Assembly: GCA_012798695.1 (NCBI GenBank)
Contig: JAAZMR010000046.1
Location: 2,316-66,315 of the forward strand
Source: Bacillota bacterium
GTDB taxonomy: Bacteria; Bacillota; Limnochordia; DTU087
Direction of reading: 5' to 3'
Length of the DNA: 64,000 nt
Part shown: piece by piece, positions 48,869 to 57,667 of the stretch
Position numbering within the stretch: position 1 is the stretch's first letter
Layout of the letters: each line of letters starts with the position of its first letter
Program-made: the position numbers and the translations under genes
Notes under the pieces: model-generated
Seen by the model: the letters and a program-made list of their open reading frames with translations, nothing else
Told to the model about the DNA's origin: nothing
Database searches by the model: none

Positions 48869-50242
48869 CTACATGAGGCGAATTAGATGAGTACCACAAC
48901 TCAAGCAAGGATCAAAAGCCCGAACTATGCGGCCGACCTCTACTGGGTTGTCGAGATCCTGAATGAACGTACCAATCAAAGCAGTTTCTGCCGGCCCATG
49001 GCATTGATAGCGATTTATGGGTGAGAAATTCCACATGGTGGGTGTAATGATCCCATACCGCCTAATCAGCCTTTCTTCCACCAAGGCCTGATGCAGCAAT
49101 GCCCCTCGGGGAGCATCAGTCATCCCCACCGCCTCATTTTGCACTGGCATTTCATTGTATTGAAGCACTGGTGCAGAGGGAGTCAACAACCCTAACCAGC
49201 CTAGGACCAAATCAATGATCTCGTTTACTTCCAGGGACCGGGCAATGATCCGATCCATGGTGGAGGGCTCTCCATCATAGTTCTTGTTGATGGCCAGACG
49301 AGCCAAGGGGCCTACTTCATAAGGAAGTCTTCCGTAGTGAACTGCTTTGATAAAGGTATAGGCACCCTCCTTATAAGGATTGGGCTCGATTAAGTCGGTC
49401 GGCGATAGTTCCCGGGATGTATCTTCATACCAGCTGGATGTGACATCTTCCTTAATCAGCTCTTGTATGATTCCGGGTATAAACCGATCGTCTTGGACGG
49501 TCCCTGCTTTCCATACCCGATCCTCCCCCTCACCAATGGGGAACAAACCAAAGGAAAGAAAACGGCGAGGGCTTATCCCCATCGCGTAATAATCAGGATA
49601 GTGCTTAGCTAGTAATTCGGTATCTGGTAATAGACAATCGGTAATAAAGCTCTCTATCCCCTGGGCTAAACCTCTGGCATGGAGAATCTTATCCGCGGTA
49701 GGGGTAACAGCCACTCCACCATGAACCATTCCGTGCTGGTGAGGTGCCTTGCCTCCAAAGATGGTTTGGGCTTCATGGGCACGAGCTGCTATCCCGAAAG
49801 ATGTCATGTAGTTATCGACTAACCTCTGATTCATCCTAGGGCCAAGACGGCGATCGACCACAGGCCCTTGATATGGCAGACCCGGAGGCAGCTCTATATA
49901 GTCTGGCAGGCTAAAGGCATAAAAATGGCGGATATGGTTTTGCACAAACTCCAGCCCGAGCATGATGTTCCGCAACAGCCGGCCCTGAATGGGAATATCA
50001 TTACCAAAGATAGTATCCAAAGCATAGTTGCTGGCAGTACCGTGGGCAAAGGAGCAAATACCGCAGATCCGCTCAGTAAAATAGGGGGCATCTCTAATAT
50101 CTCGATCTACCAGCATCTGCTCGAATCCACGGTATTGATTGCCTTTCACCCGGGCATCTACAACGGTCTGGCCATCCACGAAGATATCAATGGACAGCAA
50201 GCCTGATAGGCGAGTGACTGGGCTGAACTTGATCTGCTTCAC
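48869..50242 (-). CDS. [NiFe]-hydrogenase large subunit
   Basis: N-terminal L1 motif RICGICSFAHG and C-terminal L2 motif DPCLSCGTH. The standard large-subunit N-terminus PVTRL.G...I.. is present. Only 5 residues follow the terminal His. 457 aa. GTG start with AGAAAGGGTGA upstream. Confidence 0.9.
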   Translation of the reverse strand: MKQIKFSPVTRLSGLLSIDIFVDGQTVVDARVKGNQYRGFEQMLVDRDIRDAPYFTERICGICSFAHGTASNYALDTIFGNDIPIQGRLLRNIMLGLEFVQNHIRHFYAFSLPDYIELPPGLPYQGPVVDRRLGPRMNQRLVDNYMTSFGIAARAHEAQTIFGGKAPHQHGMVHGGVAVTPTADKILHARGLAQGIESFITDCLLPDTELLAKHYPDYYAMGISPRRFLSFGLFPIGEGEDRVWKAGTVQDDRFIPGIIQELIKEDVTSSWYEDTSRELSPTDLIEPNPYKEGAYTFIKAVHYGRLPYEVGPLARLAINKNYDGEPSTMDRIIARSLEVNEIIDLVLGWLGLLTPSAPVLQYNEMPVQNEAVGMTDAPRGALLHQALVEERLIRRYGIITPTMWNFSPINRYQCHGPAETALIGTFIQDLDNPVEVGRIVRAFDPCLSCGTHLIRLM

Positions 50243-50248
50243 CAGCTA

Positions 50249-51328
50249 TCACCCTTTCTGATCATTCATCATAGGTGGTGGTCCATTTGATGGGGCTTGC
50301 TCCACCTGGGAGGCTTTCTCTCCATCATTAGCACTCTGGGGTAAGGTAGGTTCTCCAGGCAGCGGTACTGGCGGCCCCGGTCTCTGCTTCTCCGGAAGGG
50401 GAACAAAAAACGGCATCGAGCTATCGGGAAACCCCACTGTAGTGCAACCAATACATGGAGTGTTGGCGCGAACAGGCCAGTTGACATAACCATTCCACTG
50501 CCGATAGGGACAATCTGACGGAGTTCGAGGGCCTACACAGCCAAGCTGAAACATACATTCTATGTCTCCCAGTTGATCGGCAAACTCATCTCGGTCAAAA
50601 TAGGAGCGGCGTTGGCAATGGCGGTGCACGGTATACTGATAGAACAACAGGGGACGCCCATCTTCATCTACCTCAGGTTCACCATAAAACAGTAGATGAA
50701 ACAAGGTTCCCATGATCCAGTCAGGGTTATTGGGACAGCCACTGACATTGATTACAGGCCTCTGCACAACATCTCTCACACCTACACTACCGGAAGGATT
50801 GGGGTAAGCTGCTGAGGGTCCACCAAAGGAGGCACAAGTTCCAGCAGCAATGACATAGCCAGCCTTGCTGCCGATGGAAGTAATGATATCCCGAGCAGTT
50901 AAGCGCTCTCCATTCAGTTCTGCCACTATGGCATAAAGGCCCTCATCCCGCAAGGGAATTGCGCCTTCCACAAATAGGTAGAACTGGCCTGCATGCGTGG
51001 CAGCAGTCTCCAGCAAGGCTTCTAGAGCCTGGTGCCCTTCGGCCGCGACCAAGGCATTATCAAAGCGCACATCTATATACCGATAAAGCACCTCTCCTAG
51101 ATTGGGGTCTTGGCTATTCATAAAAGCAATCTTGTCTCCCGAACAAGCATTACATTCCAGCCAAATTACCGGCGGCTTCCAGGGTGGGGCCGGAGCCCCG
51201 TTCTTTAGCCATTCTCGATAGTGAGAGTAAATCTCCATTAGGTAATCATGATCCTTGGCAGGCAAAACACTCCCCCCTCTTGTCTCCACTCGGAGTTCGC
51301 CTCTATCAAAAAAGAGGCCCCTGCCCAA
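50249..51328 (-). CDS. [NiFe]-hydrogenase small subunit (no Tat signal peptide)
   Basis: Proximal-cluster motifs ..WLECNACSG.., ..GTCASFGG.., ..GCPNNPDW... Medial/distal motifs ..HRHCQRRSYF.., ..CMFQLGCVGPRTPSDCPY.., ..CIGCTTVGF... No RRxFxK twin-arginine motif. Start is uncertain: alternatives are TTG at 51265 (GGGGGGAG 4-5 nt upstream) or ATG at 51238. Pro-rich C-terminal tail. Confidence 0.85.
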   Translation of the reverse strand: MGRGLFFDRGELRVETRGGSVLPAKDHDYLMEIYSHYREWLKNGAPAPPWKPPVIWLECNACSGDKIAFMNSQDPNLGEVLYRYIDVRFDNALVAAEGHQALEALLETAATHAGQFYLFVEGAIPLRDEGLYAIVAELNGERLTARDIITSIGSKAGYVIAAGTCASFGGPSAAYPNPSGSVGVRDVVQRPVINVSGCPNNPDWIMGTLFHLLFYGEPEVDEDGRPLLFYQYTVHRHCQRRSYFDRDEFADQLGDIECMFQLGCVGPRTPSDCPYRQWNGYVNWPVRANTPCIGCTTVGFPDSSMPFFVPLPEKQRPGPPVPLPGEPTLPQSANDGEKASQVEQAPSNGPPPMMNDQKG

Positions 51329-51493
51329 CTATATGCATAGTTGAGGTATGTTAGGCATCTTGGTTCAAACTAGTAATAAGATACGCCCCACCCGAATAAT
51401 CTGAAGGCAGATGCTGTGGACAGGGTGAGCCCAGCAGGAAAAAGACTCAACCCATGATGCCCCCCTAGAGGGAAGACGAGGTGAAGCTTCGCA

Positions 51494-52033
51494 ATGTCTG
51501 ACCTAACTGATACCAGAGAATTTGGTCAGCCCTTAATCCTCGCCCTTGGTCACCCTCTGTGCCGAGATGATGGAGTAGGCCTACATATTTTGAGAGAATT
51601 AGAGCAAGTGTGCAGCCCATTTACCGATTGCCTGGCCGGTGGCCAAGAGCTGCTGTGCCGGCTGAAACACCTTACGTACCGCCCCGTACTCATCATACTA
51701 GATGCAATCGATGGGGGTTACCCTCCCGGGACGGCAATCCGCCTAGTCATATCCGGAGATGATCTCCTAGAAACCCTCTCTCTAGACACAGCCCACTCTC
51801 ATGGCAGCAACCTGGGCTTGGCGTTGGCTTTGATCAGGCAAAGCGGAGTGCGGTTGCCCACTGTTGTCATCTATGGGGTGCAGCCTGCCAATATGGCGCT
51901 TGGTGATCAGTTAACCCCAGATATAGCCCAGGCGGCCGGCTTTTTGGCTAGACAGTTAATGATTGATAGGCCTTGGAATAATGTAACGTGTTTATCTAGT
52001 GCTGTTTGGCTGAATCGGGATCAGATAACCTAG
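51494..52033 (+). CDS. Hydrogenase maturation endopeptidase (HyaD/HybD/HycI family)
   Basis: ..LILALGHPLCRDDGVGLHIL.. corresponds to the conserved GxGNxxxxDDGxG motif region of hydrogenase C-terminal proteases. Confidence 0.8.
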   Translation: MSDLTDTREFGQPLILALGHPLCRDDGVGLHILRELEQVCSPFTDCLAGGQELLCRLKHLTYRPVLIILDAIDGGYPPGTAIRLVISGDDLLETLSLDTAHSHGSNLGLALALIRQSGVRLPTVVIYGVQPANMALGDQLTPDIAQAAGFLARQLMIDRPWNNVTCLSSAVWLNRDQIT

Positions 52034-52053
52034 GAAAGGATAGGGTAAGCAAA

Positions 52054-52392
52054 ATGCACGGTTTAGCTTGGATGGAGGAAACCTTAGGGGAAATTACAAC
52101 GGTTGCTGAGCATTGCGGTCTCAGGACCATCACCAAGGTGACGCTGTGTCGGGGCCAACTTTCCCACCATTTCCCAGAAGAGCTGGAACTCGCCTGGGAT
52201 CTAGTTAAGCAAGGTACTATCTGCGAACAGGCTGTCCTGGTGATCGAAGAAGAACCGGCTCTAGTGTCCTGCAGTGCTTGTGGATGGGAGGGCCAATGGC
52301 ATAGTGAGCTGGCGTGCTGCCAAGCTTGTGCAAGTAGAGTTGAGCTAGTGTCCGGGACCGATCTTCAGCTAGTGGATATCCAAGGGATATGA
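52054..52392 (+). CDS. hypA: Hydrogenase nickel-insertion protein HypA
   Basis: MHGLAW.. (the MHE-type N-terminus) and the zinc motif CSACG-x12-CCQAC. 112 aa. RBS AGGAAAGGATAGGG. Confidence 0.85.
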   Translation: MHGLAWMEETLGEITTVAEHCGLRTITKVTLCRGQLSHHFPEELELAWDLVKQGTICEQAVLVIEEEPALVSCSACGWEGQWHSELACCQACASRVELVSGTDLQLVDIQGI

Positions 52393-54344
52393 GTAAATTC
52401 CGGGGCATAGAAGCACCAAATACAGCCCACATGATTCTGCAGGCTCAGGGTATCATCGCGGTCAAGGGGTTAGGTGGGTATCACTTGGTTTGCGATGCAC
52501 GCAGCATCAAGGCCCTTACCCGGCTGCGTAAAATCAAGAAGCGCCCATATAAACCCTTTGCCGTTATGTTTCGTGATTTGAAGGTTTTGCAGAGTGAATT
52601 ACACACTCCCGCTGCAGCAGTCAAGCTTCTCACTTCCTGGATCAGACCCATTGTCATACTAGCAAGGCAGGAGACATCGACTTTGCCCGATTTACTAGCC
52701 CCCGATCTGGATACCATCGGTGCTATGCTGCCCTATATGGCCTTATACCTCTTGTTATTTGATGAGTCCCTCGACGTATTGGTTGTCACCAGTGCTAACC
52801 GATCCGGTGAACCCATCATTTTTCAAGATGATGTGGCCAAAAGACAGCTGGCCGCAATAGTTGATGGTATTCTGATCCATGATCACAAGATCACCAACCC
52901 CCTGGATGATTCTGTCCTCTATTGTGTAGATATCGCAAAGATCGATCAGCCCAAAACGCCCCCACAAGGGCTCAGGAGCTCAACTCACGTATCTTCTGTA
53001 CAGCCTCAGATGGGGGAGCTGGAAAGCAAGGAGCAGGCAGGCAGCCAGCCTTTGGAGATACCCACTTTTGTTATCCTCAGGCGAGGCCGCGGTTACATGC
53101 CTTCACCTTTGCCCTTAAGTGAGCCTCTCAGCGAAACAATCCTGGGGTGTGGCAGTGATCTCAAGGCCTGTTTCTGCCTCGGCCAAGGGCCATTGGCATA
53201 TCCCGGCCCCCACCTGGGCAACCTGGAGCACCCGGAAACTCTAGACCGCTATCGCTTCATGCTCAGGTATTACCAAGAGACATTTGACCTGGAACCTGTG
53301 GTTGTTGCCCATGATCTGAACCCAGCGTTGGTGAGCAGCCAAATTGTCGCCAGTGAGGATTTTGCCGATCTCACGCCCATACCTATCCAGCACCAGCATG
53401 CCCATATAGCTGCCTGCATGGAGGAAAATAAATTCAGCCAGCCGGTCATTGGCATCGCCTATGATGGTACTGGCTATGGTTGGGATGGAAGGGTGTGGGG
53501 AGGCGAGATTTTGCTCGCCTCCCCCGCCGATTTCCGACGTTTGGCCCATTGGCAAAATGTCCCATTACCGGGTAATGATATAGCCATTTACCAGCCATGG
53601 CGAATGGCTTTGAGTTATCTGCAAAGTGCTGGCTTAGAAGAGTCTTCCCACCTTCTTCTGGAGAACCTGCCTGGACACATTAGGCCAGCTGCTGCCCAGA
53701 TCTTGAGCCTATGGGGTAGCGTTCAGGCTAGCTGGCTGCAAACTTCCAGTATGGGGCGGCTGTTTGATGGCATCACAGCTCTCTTGGGCCTATGCCTGGA
53801 AACTACTTATACAGGGCAACCGGCCATACTTCTGGAAAATGCGGCCTGGCGTGGTATCAAGAGACTAGGGCTAGATAGTATACAACCCTATGTCATGGAA
53901 GAACTAATCAATAGCTCCAGCAGCTCGATCCGTGACCATCTGCCCAAACCTATTCCCCTGACTGCATTGATTCGGTGTGTAGCACAAGATAGGGCGCGTA
54001 ATATTGATACAACCGAGATCGCCGCCCGTTTTCATCGGTCGATTGCTGAAGTGACAGCAGTACAAGCCCACGACTTCTGCCGGCAATTCAATATAGGCAC
54101 TGTGGCCCTCAGTGGGGGTGTCTGGCAAAACCAATTGCTCTGTCACTGGACAGCAATGCTCCTTGAACAGATGGGGCTGGAAGTCATCCGACACAAACAA
54201 CTCTCCCCCGGTGATGAATGCTTAGGGTTTGGCCAAATCGTAATCGCCGGGGCAAGACTAAAAGCTGAGGCTTTGGCCAAACGCTCTTCATCAATAGAGA
54301 AGGAGGTAAACCATCCATGTGCCTGGCCGTACCGGCAAGAATAG
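52389..54344 (+). CDS. hypF: Carbamoyltransferase HypF, N-terminally truncated form (YrdC-like plus Kae1-like domains only)
   Basis: It starts about 20 aa before the YrdC motif ..AVKGLGGYHLVCDA... The Kae1/HypF C-terminal domain follows (..HQHAHIAAC.., ..GIAYDGTGYGWDGRVWGGE..). No acylphosphatase domain or tandem CxxC-x18-CxxC zinc fingers occur in any frame upstream. The ATG overlaps the hypA stop. Confidence 0.85.
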   Translation: MSKFRGIEAPNTAHMILQAQGIIAVKGLGGYHLVCDARSIKALTRLRKIKKRPYKPFAVMFRDLKVLQSELHTPAAAVKLLTSWIRPIVILARQETSTLPDLLAPDLDTIGAMLPYMALYLLLFDESLDVLVVTSANRSGEPIIFQDDVAKRQLAAIVDGILIHDHKITNPLDDSVLYCVDIAKIDQPKTPPQGLRSSTHVSSVQPQMGELESKEQAGSQPLEIPTFVILRRGRGYMPSPLPLSEPLSETILGCGSDLKACFCLGQGPLAYPGPHLGNLEHPETLDRYRFMLRYYQETFDLEPVVVAHDLNPALVSSQIVASEDFADLTPIPIQHQHAHIAACMEENKFSQPVIGIAYDGTGYGWDGRVWGGEILLASPADFRRLAHWQNVPLPGNDIAIYQPWRMALSYLQSAGLEESSHLLLENLPGHIRPAAAQILSLWGSVQASWLQTSSMGRLFDGITALLGLCLETTYTGQPAILLENAAWRGIKRLGLDSIQPYVMEELINSSSSSIRDHLPKPIPLTALIRCVAQDRARNIDTTEIAARFHRSIAEVTAVQAHDFCRQFNIGTVALSGGVWQNQLLCHWTAMLLEQMGLEVIRHKQLSPGDECLGFGQIVIAGARLKAEALAKRSSSIEKEVNHPCAWPYRQE

Positions 54345-54565
54345 AGAGTATCGAAGGCACGAGCGCATTGGTGATGGCGCTTGGTTGCCGGGAAAAAATC
54401 GATATTCGGTTTGTTCCCACTATAGAGGTAGGCGATTTCGTCCTCGTACATGTGGGATTCGCACTGGAGAAGGTAAGGCCAAAGGAGGCAGCCTTCCTCT
54501 TGGATGCCTGGAACAGCCTGCTAGCCAATGAGGGGATCAGCTATGAACTACCTGACACCCTTTAG
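54317..54565 (+). CDS. hypC: Hydrogenase maturation factor HypC
   Basis: MCLAVPARI.. is the invariant HypC N-terminus (Cys2). 82 aa. RBS GAAGGAGGT. Confidence 0.9.
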   Translation: MCLAVPARIESIEGTSALVMALGCREKIDIRFVPTIEVGDFVLVHVGFALEKVRPKEAAFLLDAWNSLLANEGISYELPDTL

Positions 54566-55664
54566 CTATTACCGCACTCCCCAATTTGTCCACCAGTTAG
54601 CAGATGCGATCAATCATGCCTGCCAGACTCAGGTGAAAATCATGCAGGTTTGTGGTACTCATACCTGGAACTATCGCCGGCATGGGCTGGCTGCGCTGCT
54701 TACCCCCAATCTTACTCTTGTACCAGGTCCCGGCTGCCCGGTATGTGTTACTGATCAGAGAGATATCGACTGGGTGATTGAGTTAGCCGGGGAAAAGCAG
54801 AACACGCTGGTCACCTTTGGGGATCTGATGCGCGTTCCGGGGAGTACCACATCCTTAGCAGAGACACGCAGCCACGGTGCAGATATCCGGATAGTACTTT
54901 CACCCCTAGAAGCTTTAGATATTGCACTGGCTGAGCCTTCCCGCCGCATCATCCTCCTGGCAATCGGCTTTGAGACAACAGCCCCGGCAGTGGCAGCTGC
55001 ATTACAGAGTGCCTCGCACTTGGGCTTGGCCAACTTCAGTGTTGCTGTGCTGCTGAAGAGGCTGATCCCCGCCCTTAGGTACCTTTTCGCGGGGGAGAAA
55101 CCAGATGGGCTTCTCTGTCCCGGCCATGTAGCGGCTGTGATGGGGCAACAGGAGTTTGCCTTTCTTGCTCAAGAGTTCCGGCTTCCCTCGGCCATCAGCG
55201 GTTTTGAACCAGGAGACATGCTGCTGGCTCTCCTGGATTTGACCCACCAATCCCAAGCAGGACATGCCAGACTCACCAATGCCTACCCAAGGCTAGTGAG
55301 CAAGCACGGCAATCTTGCCGCCAGATCCATAATCACAGCCACCTTCAAACCGGCTCTTTCCCGGTGGCGCGGCCTGGGCAACCTACCTGCTACCGGTTAT
55401 GAATTGGTCGATACGCTTCAGAGGTTTGCTCTCTACCCGCCAGTATCTACTACGCCTCATTCGACCGGCAGCTCTTGCCTCTGTGACCTGGTCATTTTGG
55501 GGAAGCGTACTCCTGGAGCTTGCCCCAACTTTGGCAAAGGCTGCACCCCTGATACCCCCCTAGGTCCATGTATGGTATCACAGGAAGGCACCTGCGCCGC
55601 TCATTACTATTATCCAGAAACGGCGTCTCCCTTGAATCACCAGATCAAGAAATGGGGTGACTGA
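54543..55664 (+). CDS. hypD: Hydrogenase maturation factor HypD
   Basis: ..IMQVCGTHT.. (CGxH), ..GPGCPVCV.. and C-terminal ..CxxC.. motifs of HypD. Start at MNYL with GAGGGGA 6 nt upstream. Confidence 0.9.
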   Translation: MNYLTPFSYYRTPQFVHQLADAINHACQTQVKIMQVCGTHTWNYRRHGLAALLTPNLTLVPGPGCPVCVTDQRDIDWVIELAGEKQNTLVTFGDLMRVPGSTTSLAETRSHGADIRIVLSPLEALDIALAEPSRRIILLAIGFETTAPAVAAALQSASHLGLANFSVAVLLKRLIPALRYLFAGEKPDGLLCPGHVAAVMGQQEFAFLAQEFRLPSAISGFEPGDMLLALLDLTHQSQAGHARLTNAYPRLVSKHGNLAARSIITATFKPALSRWRGLGNLPATGYELVDTLQRFALYPPVSTTPHSTGSSCLCDLVILGKRTPGACPNFGKGCTPDTPLGPCMVSQEGTCAAHYYYPETASPLNHQIKKWGD

Positions 55665-55710
55665 CTGCAGCCTAATATTTCACTGAAACGGTAGAGCTGC
55701 AGCACATAAA

Positions 55711-56724
55711 ATGCATATTGAGTTCATTCAAATGGCCCATGGGGCCGGCGGTAGTGCCACCATGAAACTGCTGGAACATGTCTTTTTTCCCAATTTCCGT
55801 CGACTGGGCCTCCAGCCGGAAAATGATGCCGCCCTACTCACGCTGGGCAATGGTGAGACCCTAGCCTTTACCATTGACGGTTTTGTGGTCGATCCGCCTT
55901 TTTTCCCCGGCGGCGATCTAGGGAACCTAGCGGTGCATGGCACCATCAATGATCTGGCAGTCATGGGAGCCAAACCCCTTTGGCTGGCCTGTAGTTTCAT
56001 CATCTCAGTAGGTACTACCGGTACCGTTCTCAACCGGATCGCCATATCCATGCAAGAAGCGGCGACCGCCTCCAATATCCAGCTGGTGGCCGGTGATACT
56101 AAAGTCGTGGAAGCCCGGAGCCAGACCCCTCAGATCCTGATCACCACTTCCGGTATTGGCATCCTGCAGACTGAGAAACCCTGGCATACACCGAGGTTGC
56201 GCCCTGGTGATCAGCTGATTGTATCTGGTACCATTGGAGAACATACTCTCGCCGTCCTCGGAGCCCGCCATGGTTGGTTCCAACATGATCCGATCATTAG
56301 TGACTGTGCCAGCCTTTATCCCATGCTGGAGCCTTTTCACCCGATTGCAGGCATACACTGGGTACGGGATATCACCCGGGGAGGCCTCGGAGGGATCTGC
56401 CATGAACTCGCCCGGGCCACGGGATATATGGTAGAGCTCTGGGAAAAGGATATTCCTATAGATCCCCGAGTCAGAGGTTGGTGCGAAATCCTAGGCTATG
56501 ATCCTCTATATTTGGCTAACGAAGGGAAGGCATTACTAGCTGTTGACCCAGAGACAGCACCTCAAGTGTTAAGTGATCTAAGGAGGCTCCCCCTAGGGAA
56601 GTGTGCCTCACTAGTCGGGCAGATTAGCTCTGAGCGACAACCATGGGTAGTACTGAATACTTCGGTGGGAGGGCGCCGGCTCGTGCCTGCACCAGCCGGA
56701 GAGCTATTTCCCCGCATATGTTAG
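55711..56724 (+). CDS. hypE: Hydrogenase maturation factor HypE (carbamoyl dehydratase)
   Basis: ..IQMAHGAGGSA.. N-terminus and PurM-like fold. The C-terminus ends ..PRIC, which is the conserved terminal Cys motif of HypE. Confidence 0.9.
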   Translation: MHIEFIQMAHGAGGSATMKLLEHVFFPNFRRLGLQPENDAALLTLGNGETLAFTIDGFVVDPPFFPGGDLGNLAVHGTINDLAVMGAKPLWLACSFIISVGTTGTVLNRIAISMQEAATASNIQLVAGDTKVVEARSQTPQILITTSGIGILQTEKPWHTPRLRPGDQLIVSGTIGEHTLAVLGARHGWFQHDPIISDCASLYPMLEPFHPIAGIHWVRDITRGGLGGICHELARATGYMVELWEKDIPIDPRVRGWCEILGYDPLYLANEGKALLAVDPETAPQVLSDLRRLPLGKCASLVGQISSERQPWVVLNTSVGGRRLVPAPAGELFPRIC

Positions 56725-56830
56725 AGCTGTAAGCTGTACGTGGGCCAAGTGGCGGATACTACTGGGCATACTTGACCCCAAAGGCAGTAAGAATGCCGGG
56801 CCTGCAGTAGACCCGGCACTTTCGATCATT

Positions 56831-57373
56831 TTATTGTGCTTCTTGGCTCGCAAGACTTCTTCTGTAAGCCCCATAGCCTTTGATGATGTAATGTAAGAGC
56901 AGGGCATGGATAGGCACTTGGATTATGCTTGCTAATAGACGCGATGGCAGCAGAATCCATACGGCCTTATTGGATAGGATAGCGAGCCAAACCGTATTCA
57001 GCGTGGAGACTACGAGGCCCCTGACCAGGGTCGCCAGCAGCACCGGCCAAAAGCCATAGGCCTTTTCCCGGGGGAACAGCCGCAAGATCATGACCGGTAT
57101 CAGGCCACTCATAGCAGCACTTAGGGTAAAACCCGGGAAATAGGGACCAATTGGAAACAGAACAGCACCGATCAGGTCAGCCAAAGCTCCAGTCAAAGCC
57201 CCAGCAGCCGGGCCCAGCAAGATTCCAGACAACATCACAGGCAGGTTGCCAAAACTCACCCTAATGGCCTGGATACCGGCAAAGGGGATCATCACCCCTA
57301 GAAAGCGGGTGAAGACCACGCTGATACCTACCAAAAGCCCAATGGTTGTCATCTTTTTGGTAGAAACGCGCAC
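56831..57373 (-). CDS. folT: ECF-transporter S component, folate family (FolT)
   Basis: About 180 aa with 5-6 TM helices (..TTIGLLVGISVVFTRFLG..). It is preceded by a THF riboswitch. Start set at GTG 57373, 9 nt after GGGAGG. The track ORF extends through the riboswitch. Confidence 0.8.
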   Translation of the reverse strand: MRVSTKKMTTIGLLVGISVVFTRFLGVMIPFAGIQAIRVSFGNLPVMLSGILLGPAAGALTGALADLIGAVLFPIGPYFPGFTLSAAMSGLIPVMILRLFPREKAYGFWPVLLATLVRGLVVSTLNTVWLAILSNKAVWILLPSRLLASIIQVPIHALLLHYIIKGYGAYRRSLASQEAQ

Positions 57374-57443
57374 AGCAAAATACCTCCCTTCTTCGGTGAG
57401 CGCGCACACCACACCGAAGCCGGAAGGCACCCAGTTTCGAAGT

Positions 57444-57528
57444 GATAGCGGACGCGACACTGTACCGCGGGCCGGAGGCCCTTCGTCCACAGGCAACTTC
57501 CCATCCTGTGGCACTTAACGCACAGCAT
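57444..57528 (-). promoter_or_regulatory. THF (tetrahydrofolate) riboswitch aptamer
   Basis: Minus-strand RNA GGUAGAGUAGAUGCUGUGCGUUAAGUGCCACAGGAUGGGAAGUUGCCUGUGGACGAAGGGCCUCCGGCCCGCGGUACAGUGUCGCGUCCGCUAUC. It carries the conserved blocks AGAGUAGAUG, GCGUUAAGUG, the hairpin with AUGGGA, ACGAAG and GCGGU in the same order as the characterised THF aptamer. The downstream hairpin CCUUCCGGCUUCGGUG...CACCGAAGAAGGGAGG would sequester the SD. Confidence 0.8.
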
Positions 57529-57667
57529 CTACTCTACCATGTATTAGGCTTTCTTCCCCTTCATTGTAGGTGAGAATCGTGATCGTGTCAAATCCGATCA
57601 ACCCTGATTGTTCCAGATCATCTTCTCCACCCTTAGCCGTGCCTCCGCGAACAGCCACAATCATCGC

